The notes beneath the pieces were generated by a model. It had not been told where the DNA came from. It worked only from the letters and a program-made list of their open reading frames with translations, and made no database searches. A stretch of DNA of 64,000 nucleotides from an uncultured Pirellulaceae bacterium. GTDB lineage: Bacteria; Planctomycetota; Planctomycetia; Pirellulales; Pirellulaceae. The stretch lies in NCBI GenBank assembly GCA_964479855.1, contig CAYZPA010000011.1, forward strand, positions 15,406 to 79,405. Direction: 5' to 3'. Below are positions 19,661 through 30,108 of this stretch, piece after piece (the first letter of the stretch is position 1; the number at the start of each line of letters is the position of its first letter). The translations under genes were made by a program, and so were the position numbers.

Positions 19661-20670
19661 TGGACTCGCCCTCGAGTAACCTGCAGAAACGCATCTTCGA
19701 GCGAACGCTGCTTGCTGGAGAAATTCACAATCGGAAACCCTTGCTCAACCATTCGCTTCAACAAATCGGCTTGCTCCTGAGCCCGTCCGGAAAACGGAAA
19801 CTGGAGATTGTTGCCCGCCAATCGCACCGCCGTGTCTGGCAGGTTTTCCTCCAGCCATTTCTGCACCCGCGGGGCGTCGCTCAGCACCTGAACCACCAGT
19901 TGTGCTCGTTCAGATTCGACGCTTGACATCGAAATCGTATCGCCGTCTCGCTCTGTTGAAAGGATCTCTTCAACAGAACCGACCGCCAGCAATCCGCCCT
20001 GTTCGATAATCGCGACCCGATCACACATTTCGGCAAGCTCGGTCAGAATATGGCTGCTAATCAAAAGAGACTTCCCATCGTCAGCCAATGCCGTGATCAT
20101 TTCTCGCAATTCAATTCGAGCCCTTGGATCCAGTCCGGCAGCGGGTTCATCAAGCACCAACACTTTTGGATTGTGAATTAACGCTCGCCCCAAACAGAGC
20201 CGCTGCTTCATGCCTTTCGACAAACCGGTGATGGGTTTTTGTGCAATCTGTTTCAGCTGAGTGAACCCCATCACGTTTCGCAAACTTGAAAGGCGATCCT
20301 TGCCTCGCAAGCCGTAAGACCTGGCAAAAAAATCAAGGTACTCTTCGCAAGTCACGTTTGAGTAAGCGCCGAAACCATCGGGCATGTACCCTAATCGGCG
20401 TCTGACCCTTTCCGGATCATTGACGCAACAGAAACCATCGACTTTCGCCGATCCGGAATCGGGCTCGTCCAGCGTCGCCAGGATCTTCATGCTGGTCGTC
20501 TTTCCAGCACCGTTGGGCCCGATGAACCCAAAAACCTCTCCCGGGTAAACCGAAAAAGTAACTTTATTCACGGCGACGGTCGAACCAAAAGTTCTCACCA
20601 AGGAATCGAATTCGATCGCAGGCCGTGTTTTTGAATCACTCGTCGTCGAAACGTTCATATTGGTTACCAC
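19657..20670 (-). CDS. ABC transporter ATP-binding protein
   Basis: GPNGAGKTT, LSKGMKQRL, VLVLDEP, SSH, terminal SLEDAFLQVT. Confidence 0.96.
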   Translation of the reverse strand: MVTNMNVSTTSDSKTRPAIEFDSLVRTFGSTVAVNKVTFSVYPGEVFGFIGPNGAGKTTSMKILATLDEPDSGSAKVDGFCCVNDPERVRRRLGYMPDGFGAYSNVTCEEYLDFFARSYGLRGKDRLSSLRNVMGFTQLKQIAQKPITGLSKGMKQRLCLGRALIHNPKVLVLDEPAAGLDPRARIELREMITALADDGKSLLISSHILTELAEMCDRVAIIEQGGLLAVGSVEEILSTERDGDTISMSSVESERAQLVVQVLSDAPRVQKWLEENLPDTAVRLAGNNLQFPFSGRAQEQADLLKRMVEQGFPIVNFSSKQRSLEDAFLQVTRGRVQ

Positions 20671-22871
20671 GCTCCGTAAATGATGTTCAAACTTCCTTCG
20701 ACCGTGGCTCCTGCAACAGGAGACTCGAACCCCTCAGCAGACTCAGTCAACGCGATGTAGCCTTTCCCTCCGTCGGATTCCGTTTGCGAGCGAATCCAAC
20801 TTGCCCGAGCAAGCTTTAACGAGCTCAACGCAACGGCGAATTCTGAATCGTCAACGTCTCTATCGGGCACTTCGCCATAGTAGTACGTTCGCGTTCTATT
20901 GCTGCTTGGCCTTAATGACCCACCCGCGACAAAAACCGTTTGATCAAGCTGCTTCTTCAGGCGAGATTTGATGATTTTCTGGACATTGCCTATGTGGACT
21001 TTCTCTGCCGCCGCAGAGCCACCAGCGGCAACGTCTTGAGCAACCCAAAATTCGTCACGTGAACAATCGGGAGTCTTAAAGCAAACAAACTGCAGCGTGC
21101 TCGCAAAGCCGTTTTGAACCGAGACCGATTCATTACCGTCGTCACCAGAAGCTTTAACGCTTAAGCCAGACTTCGATTCCGACGAACCGCGAGTAAAGAT
21201 CTGATGATTGGTGCGAGCCCTAATTTCGCCGCCAGAAATCTCCTCAGAGTTGTCGCGCCATTGGATCGAAACCCGTCGGCCGTTGTAAGGCATGTTGACG
21301 AAACCATAATTCGATCCGTCGATGCGATAGCTGCCCGGTGACAGCCCCGCGTAAACATGAGTGACCGAACTGGTGGTCAGTTTGTCGTTCGATTGATCGA
21401 GATGGCTAACCGTGACGACGTTGACTCGCGTAGCAAATCCTTCTGCAAAGACCGCGTACAGCAGGATCAAGAAACAACACACTGCCGAGAAGGCGGGCAC
21501 GACAACGAAAAGTAAATTCAACTGTTTTCGTTTCTTCAGCACGAAGAATGCGACTGGGCCAATGGCAATCAGGTAAAGCAAGATCGACGTTTCGAAAAGA
21601 TACCGAGGAGGTTCCGCAAATTCTGGAAACCCTAAACCCGAAAACGTTTCTCGATAGATGGCGCTGTTCGCATTCGACAAACCGTCTTCGACGCGAATTG
21701 CATTTGTGAAGTTAACGAGGTGCAGCCAGCCATTTTCAGAAATCAATTTCTTTACCGCCCAATCTGCACCTTCATCCGACACGCACACGATTTTGCCTTG
21801 ATGGAAGGGAGCGGCCAACAGCCGGCTTTTGGATTCTTCGCTGCCGCGATCATCGAGGCTACCCACGACCGTCAATCGCCTGTTTTTCCGGACGGAGGTA
21901 ATTTCGCTGTATGGATTCGTCGTGGCATTTTGCGCCGTGGCATTATCCTGTTCGAACAAACGTGGGCTGGGGTAGGCGATCCGATCTGCTGTCTGCTGAG
22001 CGACCTTTTCACCAAAGACTTGGATCGCAGTTTCGGCATTGGAAAGCCCGGTTCCGCAACCGGTTACGACCAGCGTTCCCGAAGACGCCACCCATCGCTC
22101 GACCGCCAACAGTTTTCCGGGATAATTTCTGGCCAGCAACTTTAGGTCGTCGAGACTCAGCACCAACATGTCGAGGCCCTCGTAACCAAACCAACGCGAG
22201 GGCAGGGCGTTGAGCGAAATCGCGGAAGCATATTCAGTCGTCAAGCCGTTCAACGTAAGCGCGGTCCGCCCTCCGGTTACCGCCTGGTTCCCATTCCCGT
22301 TAAGTTCGTAGACTTCTTGAGCACCGCTTAGGTCCGGAAATTCGTCGCCCAAAACGATTGGCTGCGGAATCTGGCGAATCTTGTTAACCTTCTTACTGAG
22401 CCCGATATAGGAAACCGTGCTGTCTTTCTGAACCGCAGACGATGCGAAAACCACCTTGGGCATATTCAGAAGATAATTGCCGGTGAAGTCCGAGTAACTA
22501 TACCGTGCGAAATCATCTAGCCCTGCAATCAGGTCTCCATCGATCTCGGTATGAAACGACACGCGGTAAGCTTCTGCCGCTGGAATGTACAGCTCTCCAA
22601 CAGCCGATGTATCTCCTTTCCGCAGCGGCACCACCACAGAAACCCGCTTGCTGGCGTAGGTTGGCAAATTGCAAACCACATAAAAGTCGATATCCCGAGT
22701 CGCGACGCCGGCGACAGGAGAAATCGTCACTCGAACGTATTTAATATCGGTGTGGCTCGGCCAAACATCATGGTACTGAACGTTGTAGCCTCCACCTTGA
22801 CCGTACAGACTTGCAGGCCACCAACAGCAAACAGCCGCAATCAAAAAGTAGAGCAATTGCTTTCGAATCAT
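20664..22871 (-). CDS. Large exported/membrane-anchored protein associated with the ABC cluster
   Basis: Signal peptide, LPSRWFGYEGLDMLVL..ERWVASSGTLVV segment, two TM helices (YLIAIGPVAFFVLKK..LLFVVVP); overlaps both neighbours. Confidence 0.8.
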   Translation of the reverse strand: MIRKQLLYFLIAAVCCWWPASLYGQGGGYNVQYHDVWPSHTDIKYVRVTISPVAGVATRDIDFYVVCNLPTYASKRVSVVVPLRKGDTSAVGELYIPAAEAYRVSFHTEIDGDLIAGLDDFARYSYSDFTGNYLLNMPKVVFASSAVQKDSTVSYIGLSKKVNKIRQIPQPIVLGDEFPDLSGAQEVYELNGNGNQAVTGGRTALTLNGLTTEYASAISLNALPSRWFGYEGLDMLVLSLDDLKLLARNYPGKLLAVERWVASSGTLVVTGCGTGLSNAETAIQVFGEKVAQQTADRIAYPSPRLFEQDNATAQNATTNPYSEITSVRKNRRLTVVGSLDDRGSEESKSRLLAAPFHQGKIVCVSDEGADWAVKKLISENGWLHLVNFTNAIRVEDGLSNANSAIYRETFSGLGFPEFAEPPRYLFETSILLYLIAIGPVAFFVLKKRKQLNLLFVVVPAFSAVCCFLILLYAVFAEGFATRVNVVTVSHLDQSNDKLTTSSVTHVYAGLSPGSYRIDGSNYGFVNMPYNGRRVSIQWRDNSEEISGGEIRARTNHQIFTRGSSESKSGLSVKASGDDGNESVSVQNGFASTLQFVCFKTPDCSRDEFWVAQDVAAGGSAAAEKVHIGNVQKIIKSRLKKQLDQTVFVAGGSLRPSSNRTRTYYYGEVPDRDVDDSEFAVALSSLKLARASWIRSQTESDGGKGYIALTESAEGFESPVAGATVEGSLNIIYGAW

Positions 22872-23284
22872 GGCATACGCTCATGGGTTGAAGACGTTGC
22901 AATGGACGCTGCATCGGACACCGTTTTTGGCATCTCATTAAGTGTCGGATCTGCTAGTGCCGGATCTGCTGAACCGATGACGGTTTGAGCACGAGAACGA
23001 CCGGGATGGTCCAGCCGCTTTTGAGCTCGAGCAACCGTCGCAAAAGCCAACCAATACAGAATTGCCAGAACTGGCAAAATGACCAACAGAGCGGCTATAC
23101 CGATCGCCAACCCGTAACCAACAGGGCTGCCGTTCGCTCCGGCACCGATTACGGCGGCATAAAAAGCCATCGCGACCATACCGATCAACATTTGGCGAAT
23201 CGAAAACTTCAAAAGGGGCTCCTCCGCTGACCATCGTCGAGCTCCAATTGTAGCGAATCGATAAGGCAAATGTTGCGTTTCCAC
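22868..23284 (-). CDS. Small membrane protein
   Basis: FSIRQMLIGM-type N-terminal motif and 2 TM helices; overlaps the next gene by 4 nt. Confidence 0.7.
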   Translation of the reverse strand: METQHLPYRFATIGARRWSAEEPLLKFSIRQMLIGMVAMAFYAAVIGAGANGSPVGYGLAIGIAALLVILPVLAILYWLAFATVARAQKRLDHPGRSRAQTVIGSADPALADPTLNEMPKTVSDAASIATSSTHERMP

Positions 23285-23308
23285 GAACTGAAATTATTCA
23301 GGGCTAAC

Positions 23309-23391
23309 TCGAAATGATTCACGACGACAGCCGTACCCAGATAAAACAAGCCTTCTCCATTTCGACGCTTCCCCCTCGTGAGTAATCCGGG
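23309..23391 (+). mobile_element. Internally deleted 83-bp mini-MITE of the same family
   Basis: Ends TCGAAATGATTCACGACGACAG and AAACAAGCCTTCTCCATTTCGACGC...CGTGAGTAATCCGGG; 5-bp direct repeat CTAAC at 23304-23308 and 23392-23396. Confidence 0.85.
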
Positions 23392-23442
23392 CTAACTTGC
23401 GAAAAAGTGAATTTTCCTTCCAATATTTCGCTCGAGCACGTT

Positions 23443-24456
23443 TCACGAAAGCGGGCGATCTCTCGAAAGCACTTCCAACGCCCGCACCATGTCGTCCGCC
23501 AACGGTGCCATTAGCTCGGTCCGTTCTCCTGACTCAGGGTGATCGAAAACGATGCGATAAGCGTGCAGTGCCTGTCGATCCAGCAGCATCGTTTCGTCAT
23601 CAGTTCGATTAAGGTCTCCAACGGTCAGCTTTGCCCGCCCGCTGTACAGCCGATCGCAAAGCACCGGGCTTCCTGCGTTCGCCATGTGGACGCGAATCTG
23701 ATGAGTGCGTCCGGTTTTTGGTTTGACGCGAACGTGTGCAAAGCCATCAAATCGTTCGACCAACTCGTACATGGTCATCGCATTGCGACAGGAAGGGTGA
23801 TTTTCTCGTACCGCCTTTTTTTCACGCGAATACGGATGGTCTCCGATCGGCTTGTCAATCACGTCCCGGTCAAGCGCGGGCGAAGGCGTCACGATGCAGC
23901 GGTATTCTTTTTCGATGGTTCGATCCTGAAACTGCTTGCTGAGCGCGGCATGAGCCTGATCGGTTTTCGCGACAAGAATCACTCCACTGGTATCTCGATC
24001 CAGCCGATGGACGATGCCGGGACGAGTCGGACCGCCGATGGAGCTGAGAGATTCAAAATGAAACGCAAGGGCAGCAGTGAGCGTTCCAGACCAGTGTCCT
24101 TTCGCAGGGTGAACGACCATTTCTGGCGGCTTGTTGATCGCCACCATGTGTTCGTCTTCAAAGATTAACTTTAACGGAATGTCCTCCGGAATCGGCCCCT
24201 CGGAAGGCACTTCGATCGGCTCGCACAAAACGGATTGGCCCGGCTTGAGCCGCGTTGAAGATTTGGCCTTCTTTCCATCGACCAAAACTTGGCCCTTTGC
24301 AATCGCTCGCTGAAGGCGGACTCGGCTGTGTTTCGAAAAATGTCGAACCAGAAACGAATCGAGCCGCTGATGATCTTCTTCGTCGGCCACGACAATCGAA
24401 CGAGCTTGAGATTCGGCAGATTGCGGCAGCTTTGACGGCCCCGAGTCAGTTTCCAT
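23443..24456 (-). CDS. RluA/RluD-family pseudouridine synthase with S4 domain
   Basis: RLDSFL, NKPPEMVVHP, GIVHRLDRDTSG, KTGRTHQIRVH, RQALHA. Confidence 0.95.
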   Translation of the reverse strand: METDSGPSKLPQSAESQARSIVVADEEDHQRLDSFLVRHFSKHSRVRLQRAIAKGQVLVDGKKAKSSTRLKPGQSVLCEPIEVPSEGPIPEDIPLKLIFEDEHMVAINKPPEMVVHPAKGHWSGTLTAALAFHFESLSSIGGPTRPGIVHRLDRDTSGVILVAKTDQAHAALSKQFQDRTIEKEYRCIVTPSPALDRDVIDKPIGDHPYSREKKAVRENHPSCRNAMTMYELVERFDGFAHVRVKPKTGRTHQIRVHMANAGSPVLCDRLYSGRAKLTVGDLNRTDDETMLLDRQALHAYRIVFDHPESGERTELMAPLADDMVRALEVLSRDRPLS

Positions 24457-24764
24457 AGTTCTATCCAGCCGATTAGACGTTTAAATTTCGTGTCGACGTC
24501 AAGGTGCAAGCAAATTGAGCTTTTGAATTCGAGCAGAACTGGGCTATCATACTGGCAATACCGATGCGGTCTATTCCAACCGCAGATGACGCTGTAGCAA
24601 TCATCTCGCGACGCTTCAATTCGCGGCGAAAATTGAAACAAGCAATTCAGTTCGGCCAAACCAGTCGGGCCGAGCGTGGTTGACCCGATTGAGATGCCGT
24701 TGTTGTGACGCGTTACCCGGTGGTACGGAATATTAAGTTCCTTGATTTTTGGATTCACGGATCG

Positions 24765-25535
24765 ATGAAAAAGATCGGACATTGCAAACAGTGCCTACGA
24801 AACGTTCCGCACATCTTGCATTTCCGCTGGCCGGTTCTCAGGCTGCTGAATCGTTGGCCTGAATTCGCAGCTTCCCTACCAAGAGCCAGCTGGTATTGCT
24901 GCGCTTGTGAGAAGAACACTTTCAAACTGCAACGGCCGTTGGATGACGTGCTGCTGGATTCCACCTCGACCGACATGGATGATATTGTGCCGTGGCGAGA
25001 TCGAAGTGACCCCGCCGAACGAGGAGGATTTTTCTTTCGTCGCAAACCGAAGCAATCCACGACTGAAACTGTGGTCGATGAGGCTGACGAGGCCGCTGAA
25101 TTCGAGAAGGTTGGAAATTTTCTTCGATCTGATGAATCGTTACTCGTTCAGCAAGCCAGAGTCGGACGCTACACGAAGAAGTTTCGAGAAGGTGTCGTAG
25201 ATCGAATCCTTTCAGGTGGTTCAACGATCACTCAGGTTCGCAAAGAACTCGGTTTGTCAGAACGAGATATTCTCAATTGGATCAACGATCGTGTCCTGCA
25301 AAAAGACGCTCGCATCGCCAAGCTTACCGAAGTCGTCGACGCCGTTCGCAATATTACGGCGGATGCAGATTCCGTTTCAAGTTCCGACGACAACCAGAAG
25401 CTAAACGAAGCACGCCAAGCCCAGTTCCGAATCTACGGCGACGTTTCAGAAGCCGCATCCTCCGGCGATTCGACCGCTGCTGACGACATTCCAAAGACGG
25501 CTCCCATCATTGAAGGTCGCGTAAAGTCTCGCTAG
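24765..25535 (+). CDS. Hypothetical protein with Zn-ribbon-like Cys pairs and an IS3-OrfA-like HTH
   Basis: CKQC...CCAC, then RYTKKFREGVVDRILSGGSTITQVRKELGLSERDILNWI and a short coiled coil. Confidence 0.7.
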   Translation: MKKIGHCKQCLRNVPHILHFRWPVLRLLNRWPEFAASLPRASWYCCACEKNTFKLQRPLDDVLLDSTSTDMDDIVPWRDRSDPAERGGFFFRRKPKQSTTETVVDEADEAAEFEKVGNFLRSDESLLVQQARVGRYTKKFREGVVDRILSGGSTITQVRKELGLSERDILNWINDRVLQKDARIAKLTEVVDAVRNITADADSVSSSDDNQKLNEARQAQFRIYGDVSEAASSGDSTAADDIPKTAPIIEGRVKSR

Positions 25536-25802
25536 AAAAGCAGGTTCCCGATTGCGTTCGCTCCGTTAAACTATGGACGAATTCGAAAGGAAGTGTCTCG
25601 GCTTGATGTTACACTTGTGTCTTAAGTCCGATCCGAAATCTATCCTGTAGGCTCAAGCCTGGAAGATCTAGTGCAAATAACCGGTGTTGACGTTTGTCAT
25701 CGTTTGTTGCTTTTCCCGAGCAAGAATCAGATTTCAATGCTGCCCATGAAAGGTTATTTGCAACTTCAGTCACTAGCCAACTCTACATAAGCAGTTTTTC
25801 CC

Positions 25803-26039
25803 ATGTCTGAACCAAAGATGAAATTCATCGAAATGACCGGCGCGACCCTTGAGTCCATGTTAGATGCGAAAGAATTCGCTGAACTTGCGGGAGCCGGCGT
25901 CAACGACCAGTCGATCGTCCGAGTAAACCAGCATGGTGACATCGAAGTTCGTCGCGAAGCCAAATGGGATGTTATCGGCGGTCTGTTGGGTGACTACGAA
26001 GAACGACTCAAGAAACAATCCGGCCTCGAATGGGCTTAA
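25803..26039 (+). CDS. Small hypothetical protein
   Basis: 78-aa ORF with globular composition (RVNQHGDIEVRR..WDVIGGLLGDY). Confidence 0.75.
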   Translation: MSEPKMKFIEMTGATLESMLDAKEFAELAGAGVNDQSIVRVNQHGDIEVRREAKWDVIGGLLGDYEERLKKQSGLEWA

Positions 26040-26118
26040 TGATACGTCGTTAAACCTTGCACGTCGTTAAATCTTGCCGCCGTGCGAGGAACGGATCCGT
26101 CTGTTGAAAACACAGCTT

Positions 26119-26178
26119 CGGTTTGCAGTAAATTGATTGCAATGGAATCGCTTGCAATGAAATCGATTGGAACGGAAA
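26119..26178. repeat. Imperfect ~15-bp tandem repeat, about 4 units, upstream of mnmE
   Basis: TTGCA/TTGGA cores at 26123, 26137, 26152 and 26167; units resemble CGATTGCAATGGAAT. Confidence 0.6.
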
Positions 26179-26202
26179 CGTTCTAAGTTGAAATGAATCT
26201 AA

Positions 26203-27606
26203 ATGGTTGAACCATCGCACAGCGACACGATCGTTGCCATCGCTTCTCCACATGGCCCTGGGCGACGAGGGATCGTAAGACTCTCAGGGCCTCGAGCGGT
26301 CGAAATCGCCAGCTCGATTTTTCTTCCTGACACGGATCAGCAGAGTCCCAACAGCCTTTCCCGAATCGGGGTCACCACAGGGGCCGTCGATTGCGGTGCC
26401 TGCAAAGTTCCCGGCAGGATGATGGTTTGGCCATCGAATCAGAGTTTCACCAAGCAGCCGTCAATTGAATTTCACACTTTCGGTTCGACTCCCGTTTTGG
26501 AAATCGCCGTCCAAACGTTTTGTGAATCCGGCGCGAGACCGGCAATGCCGGGTGAGTTTACGATGCGAGCGTTTCTCTCCGGTCGCATCGATCTGACTCA
26601 AGCGGAAGCCGTATTGGCGGTCATCGATGCCAAGAATCAGCGTCAGCTAAACGTTGCAATGGGACAGTTGGCCGGAGGCGTGGGCTCGCAGCTGGATGCG
26701 ACTCGCAATGAACTGATCGCCGCGTTGGCGGAACTTGAAGCCGGACTGGATTTCGTGGAAGAGGATATCACGTTCATCAGCAACGATGCGATGGTTGAAA
26801 AACTTCATTCCGCCAATCGTTCTATCAAAACATTATTGGATCAGATTTCCAGCCGTGATTCAAAAACGGCTTCGTTTCGAGTCAGCCTTTTCGGGTTGCC
26901 GAACGCGGGGAAGAGCAGCCTGTTCAACTCACTGTTGGGCCGCGACGTGGCAATCGTGGCCAATATCAGCGGCACGACAACTGATCGAGTCTCCGCGACG
27001 TGGAAGCCTGCTGGAATGCGAGTTGAATTGGTCGATACGGCCGGGCTGGAAACGATCGACGCGGATGACTCAATCGCCTTTGCGTCGCAGCAGCAACGGA
27101 AAAGTGAGCTTGATCAATGTGATCTTGCGGTGCTCTGTGTCGATGCGAACCAGTCACAACAAGAAACCCTTTGGCAGATTCAGCAACACAATTCCGATTC
27201 GCTGATTTTGACTCTGACTCAATGTGACCGCAGCACTTCAGCCGCGACCCAAACGCTGTCGGAAGCCATCCGAAACCAGCATCCAGACTTGAAGATCATC
27301 GCCACCAGCAGCATCGATGGCACCGGTTTATCGTTACTGACGGATGCAATTTGCGAATTTCTTGCTCAGTCCCAAACGGAGGAATCCGCGATCGTTGGCT
27401 CGACCCTGCTACGAACCGGTGAGAGTCTGCGAGAGGCCGAAACATCGATCTCTTCGGCGGCACAGGCGGCCATCGACGGAATCGGTGACGAAGTGGTCGC
27501 CGCAGAAGTCCGCCTTGCTCTGGACAGCATTGGACTGGTGGTTGGCAAAATCTATACGGATGACATTCTGGACGTTGTTTTCGGCAAGTTTTGCATCGGG
27601 AAGTAA
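26203..27606 (+). CDS. mnmE: tRNA modification GTPase
   Basis: DTIVAIAS, PGEFTMRAFLSGRIDLTQAEA, GLPNAGKSSL, DTAG, terminal FCIGK. Confidence 0.96.
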   Translation: MVEPSHSDTIVAIASPHGPGRRGIVRLSGPRAVEIASSIFLPDTDQQSPNSLSRIGVTTGAVDCGACKVPGRMMVWPSNQSFTKQPSIEFHTFGSTPVLEIAVQTFCESGARPAMPGEFTMRAFLSGRIDLTQAEAVLAVIDAKNQRQLNVAMGQLAGGVGSQLDATRNELIAALAELEAGLDFVEEDITFISNDAMVEKLHSANRSIKTLLDQISSRDSKTASFRVSLFGLPNAGKSSLFNSLLGRDVAIVANISGTTTDRVSATWKPAGMRVELVDTAGLETIDADDSIAFASQQQRKSELDQCDLAVLCVDANQSQQETLWQIQQHNSDSLILTLTQCDRSTSAATQTLSEAIRNQHPDLKIIATSSIDGTGLSLLTDAICEFLAQSQTEESAIVGSTLLRTGESLREAETSISSAAQAAIDGIGDEVVAAEVRLALDSIGLVVGKIYTDDILDVVFGKFCIGK

Positions 27607-27923
27607 TTCGCTGCTATTAGCTGCTGTCCGCCGCTATCCGCTGCTATCCGCCGCCCTCGGCTGCCAAAATCACGAGCCCCCAATCCCGCCCTTCGATCGG
27701 GCCGAAAAACTTACCGATCCTACCAATTCCCTACAATCGGAACGCATGGTTACGGCAATTCGGCCCGCGAACTGACATTCCATCGAAACCCCGTTCAACG
27801 GGTCAAAATCGTTTGAAAAGAATTCGCCAGCCGATTAACTTATGGACGTTCTGGAGTTGCCATTGCGGCGTTCCCTCTTCGGCGTTCTTTTCCTCCTCCG
27901 CCAATCGCGATTTTCATACTGAT

Positions 27924-29393
27924 ATGCCTACCAACCAACTCTTCAAATTTGCTTTTGCCCTGTTGTTCTTCGCCGTGGTTTTGTTGTGCAGTGATGCAAC
28001 GGCTCAATCACCGGGCGACCGAGTCTGCGTTACCGCGAACTATCCAACGAAAATCAAACAGAAGAAAGTTGGGCAGGTCATGGAAGGAAGTATTCACACG
28101 ATCCTTGCCGTGTCAGGTAAAAAATGGTGTGCTCTCGAAGGCGTCAATGGCTGGCTACCGTTGGAATTCGTCATGAACCTTCAGGATGCGGAAAAGTACT
28201 ATTCTGATCGCATCAAGACCAACGAAAAAGACTTCGCCGCTTACGCGCATCGTGGCATGATTCGCCGCGAGAACGAAAAGCTCAAAGAAGCCTTCGATGA
28301 CTTGAATAACTCGTTGCGTATCAACAAGGAAAACGCGGCCACGTGGTCCAATCGCGGCGTCGTTCGTAACGCCACGGGAGATCGTGCTGGTGCGATTCAG
28401 GACATTGGTTACGCGATTAAGCTTTATAAAAAATACGCTCAAACCAAATCCAACGGTGGACTCGCTCGAGCCCACTGTAACCTTGGCCTGGTCTACTATG
28501 CCGCGGGTGCTCTCAAAGAGGCCGTCAAGAGCTTCGACAAAGCGATCGAACTGCAACCCGAAGAACCATGGTTCTACATTAACCGAGCAAGCGCCGCTCA
28601 CGACGCCGGCGAGATCGAGAAAGCCAAAGAAGACTATCTTAAATCGATTGAAATCAACAAACGTATTTCCGACAGCTACATCGGCATGAGCAACATTTAT
28701 CTTGCGGAAGACGATCTTGAAAAAGCACTCGAACAGGCCGAAAAAGCGGTCGACATTCAACCCAAGAACGCCGTGTCACTGAACCATCGCGGTTGGGTGC
28801 TTTATAAGCTTGGAAAAATCGACGAAGCAATGTTCGATCTCAATCGCGCAATTCGCTACGCCCCGAAACTTCAGCTTGCGTACAACAACCGAGCCGTTTG
28901 CCAGGTCGCGAAAGGGAATCTTGAAGAAGCGATTTCTGACTACAACCGCTGTATTAAACTCTCGGGAGGTTCCGCGACGACTTTCGGCAATCGAGCGGTC
29001 GCTTACGAAAACATGCGTGAGTACAAAAAAGCGATGGCGGATTTTGAGAAAGCCATTGAAGTTGGAGCAAACGTTCCTGAAGTCCTAAATGGATTGGCAT
29101 GGTTCCTTTCCGTTTGCCCGGACGAAAACTTCCGTGACGGTGAAAAAGCGGTTGAGTACGCGAAAAAAGCGGTTGAGCTGAGCGGAGAAAAAGACTGGAA
29201 CTTGATCGACACGCTTGCCGCTGCTCACGCCGAAAACGGCGATTTCGAAGCAGCCGTTGAAAACCAAAAGAAGGCAATCGAATTGGCCGACGAATCGGAT
29301 AAAGCCGACTACAAAGAACGACTCGCATTGTACGAATCGAAAAAGCCGTTCCGAAGCGACGTCGGTAAGGCAAACGAAAATCAGGGTCCTTAA
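27924..29393 (+). CDS. Secreted tetratricopeptide-repeat protein
   Basis: Signal peptide from MPTNQ, SH3-like N-domain, multiple TPRs, C-terminal [16 protein letters not shown]...[13 protein letters not shown] motif. Confidence 0.9.
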   Translation: MPTNQLFKFAFALLFFAVVLLCSDATAQSPGDRVCVTANYPTKIKQKKVGQVMEGSIHTILAVSGKKWCALEGVNGWLPLEFVMNLQDAEKYYSDRIKTNEKDFAAYAHRGMIRRENEKLKEAFDDLNNSLRINKENAATWSNRGVVRNATGDRAGAIQDIGYAIKLYKKYAQTKSNGGLARAHCNLGLVYYAAGALKEAVKSFDKAIELQPEEPWFYINRASAAHDAGEIEKAKEDYLKSIEINKRISDSYIGMSNIYLAEDDLEKALEQAEKAVDIQPKNAVSLNHRGWVLYKLGKIDEAMFDLNRAIRYAPKLQLAYNNRAVCQVAKGNLEEAISDYNRCIKLSGGSATTFGNRAVAYENMREYKKAMADFEKAIEVGANVPEVLNGLAWFLSVCPDENFRDGEKAVEYAKKAVELSGEKDWNLIDTLAAAHAENGDFEAAVENQKKAIELADESDKADYKERLALYESKKPFRSDVGKANENQGP

Positions 29394-29445
29394 CGGCGTG
29401 CACGGAAACGAAAACGAAGACGATTTGGACTGGGAGATTCCCGCG

Positions 29446-29988
29446 ATGGAACGAGGGCTGCTCAACACAGTCTTCGTTCTTCGTACTCCGTTCACTGTCG
29501 CAAGGTCGATCAAACGGTTTGAAGCGATTTCCAACGAAGTGTTTCAAATAGCCAATCGCCACGACGTCGATTTCCTCAGCCGGCCAACCAGAATTCCGCG
29601 TTTGATGGGCATGAACGCTGAGGATTGTGAATGGACCATTTTGATGGTCATCGATCATTTGACAAAACACAATGACTTTGTGTTTAAGTCCATACTTAGC
29701 CTGATTTCTGAAGACAGGAATTTTGAGTCGTCGCAAACCTGGCACCACCTGTTTCCAATCGATGCCAATCTGGATTGTCTTGATCGCTATCAGGAATCCG
29801 TTTGGCATAACGTGAGCGTCGTCAGCAATCTGCTGCAGTCGGGGAAATTCCGATCGGCATCCGGTTCAGTGACTCATCCCGTCTACGGATTCCTGAACGC
29901 TCGAAAACTCTTGCATTTCGCTTCGTTTTACAGCGGTATTCGCAAACGCCAGATTCAAAAAATCATGGCGGTGGAGGGCGTCGTTTGA
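29446..29988 (+). CDS. DinB/YfiT-superfamily-like protein
   Basis: WTILMVIDHL, THPVYGFLN, terminal RQIQKI; start uncertain (29398 GTG or 29446 ATG). Confidence 0.6.
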   Translation: MERGLLNTVFVLRTPFTVARSIKRFEAISNEVFQIANRHDVDFLSRPTRIPRLMGMNAEDCEWTILMVIDHLTKHNDFVFKSILSLISEDRNFESSQTWHHLFPIDANLDCLDRYQESVWHNVSVVSNLLQSGKFRSASGSVTHPVYGFLNARKLLHFASFYSGIRKRQIQKIMAVEGVV

Positions 29989-30050
29989 CGCATACAAGCC
30001 AAACCTTTCCGGCCGGCTTCGATTCGCTATCGCCTCATTTACATTGCCAC

Positions 30051-30079
30051 AAAAAAAGACGCCGCAATTCTGCGACGCC
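30051..30079 (-). terminator. Intrinsic terminator after the SPFH pair
   Basis: Minus strand GGCGTCGCA-GAAT-TGCGGCGTC followed by T7. Confidence 0.7.
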
Positions 30080-30108
30080 GGTTTACCCTAAAGTTCAACA
30101 CGCAAGCC

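Noticed and set aside
26119-26178. CRISPR array
   Set aside because: Short tandem units without unique spacers, and no cas genes in the window.
27620-27660. CCGCTGCTAT-like short tandem repeat after mnmE
   Set aside because: A low-complexity microsatellite-like stretch with no evidence of function.
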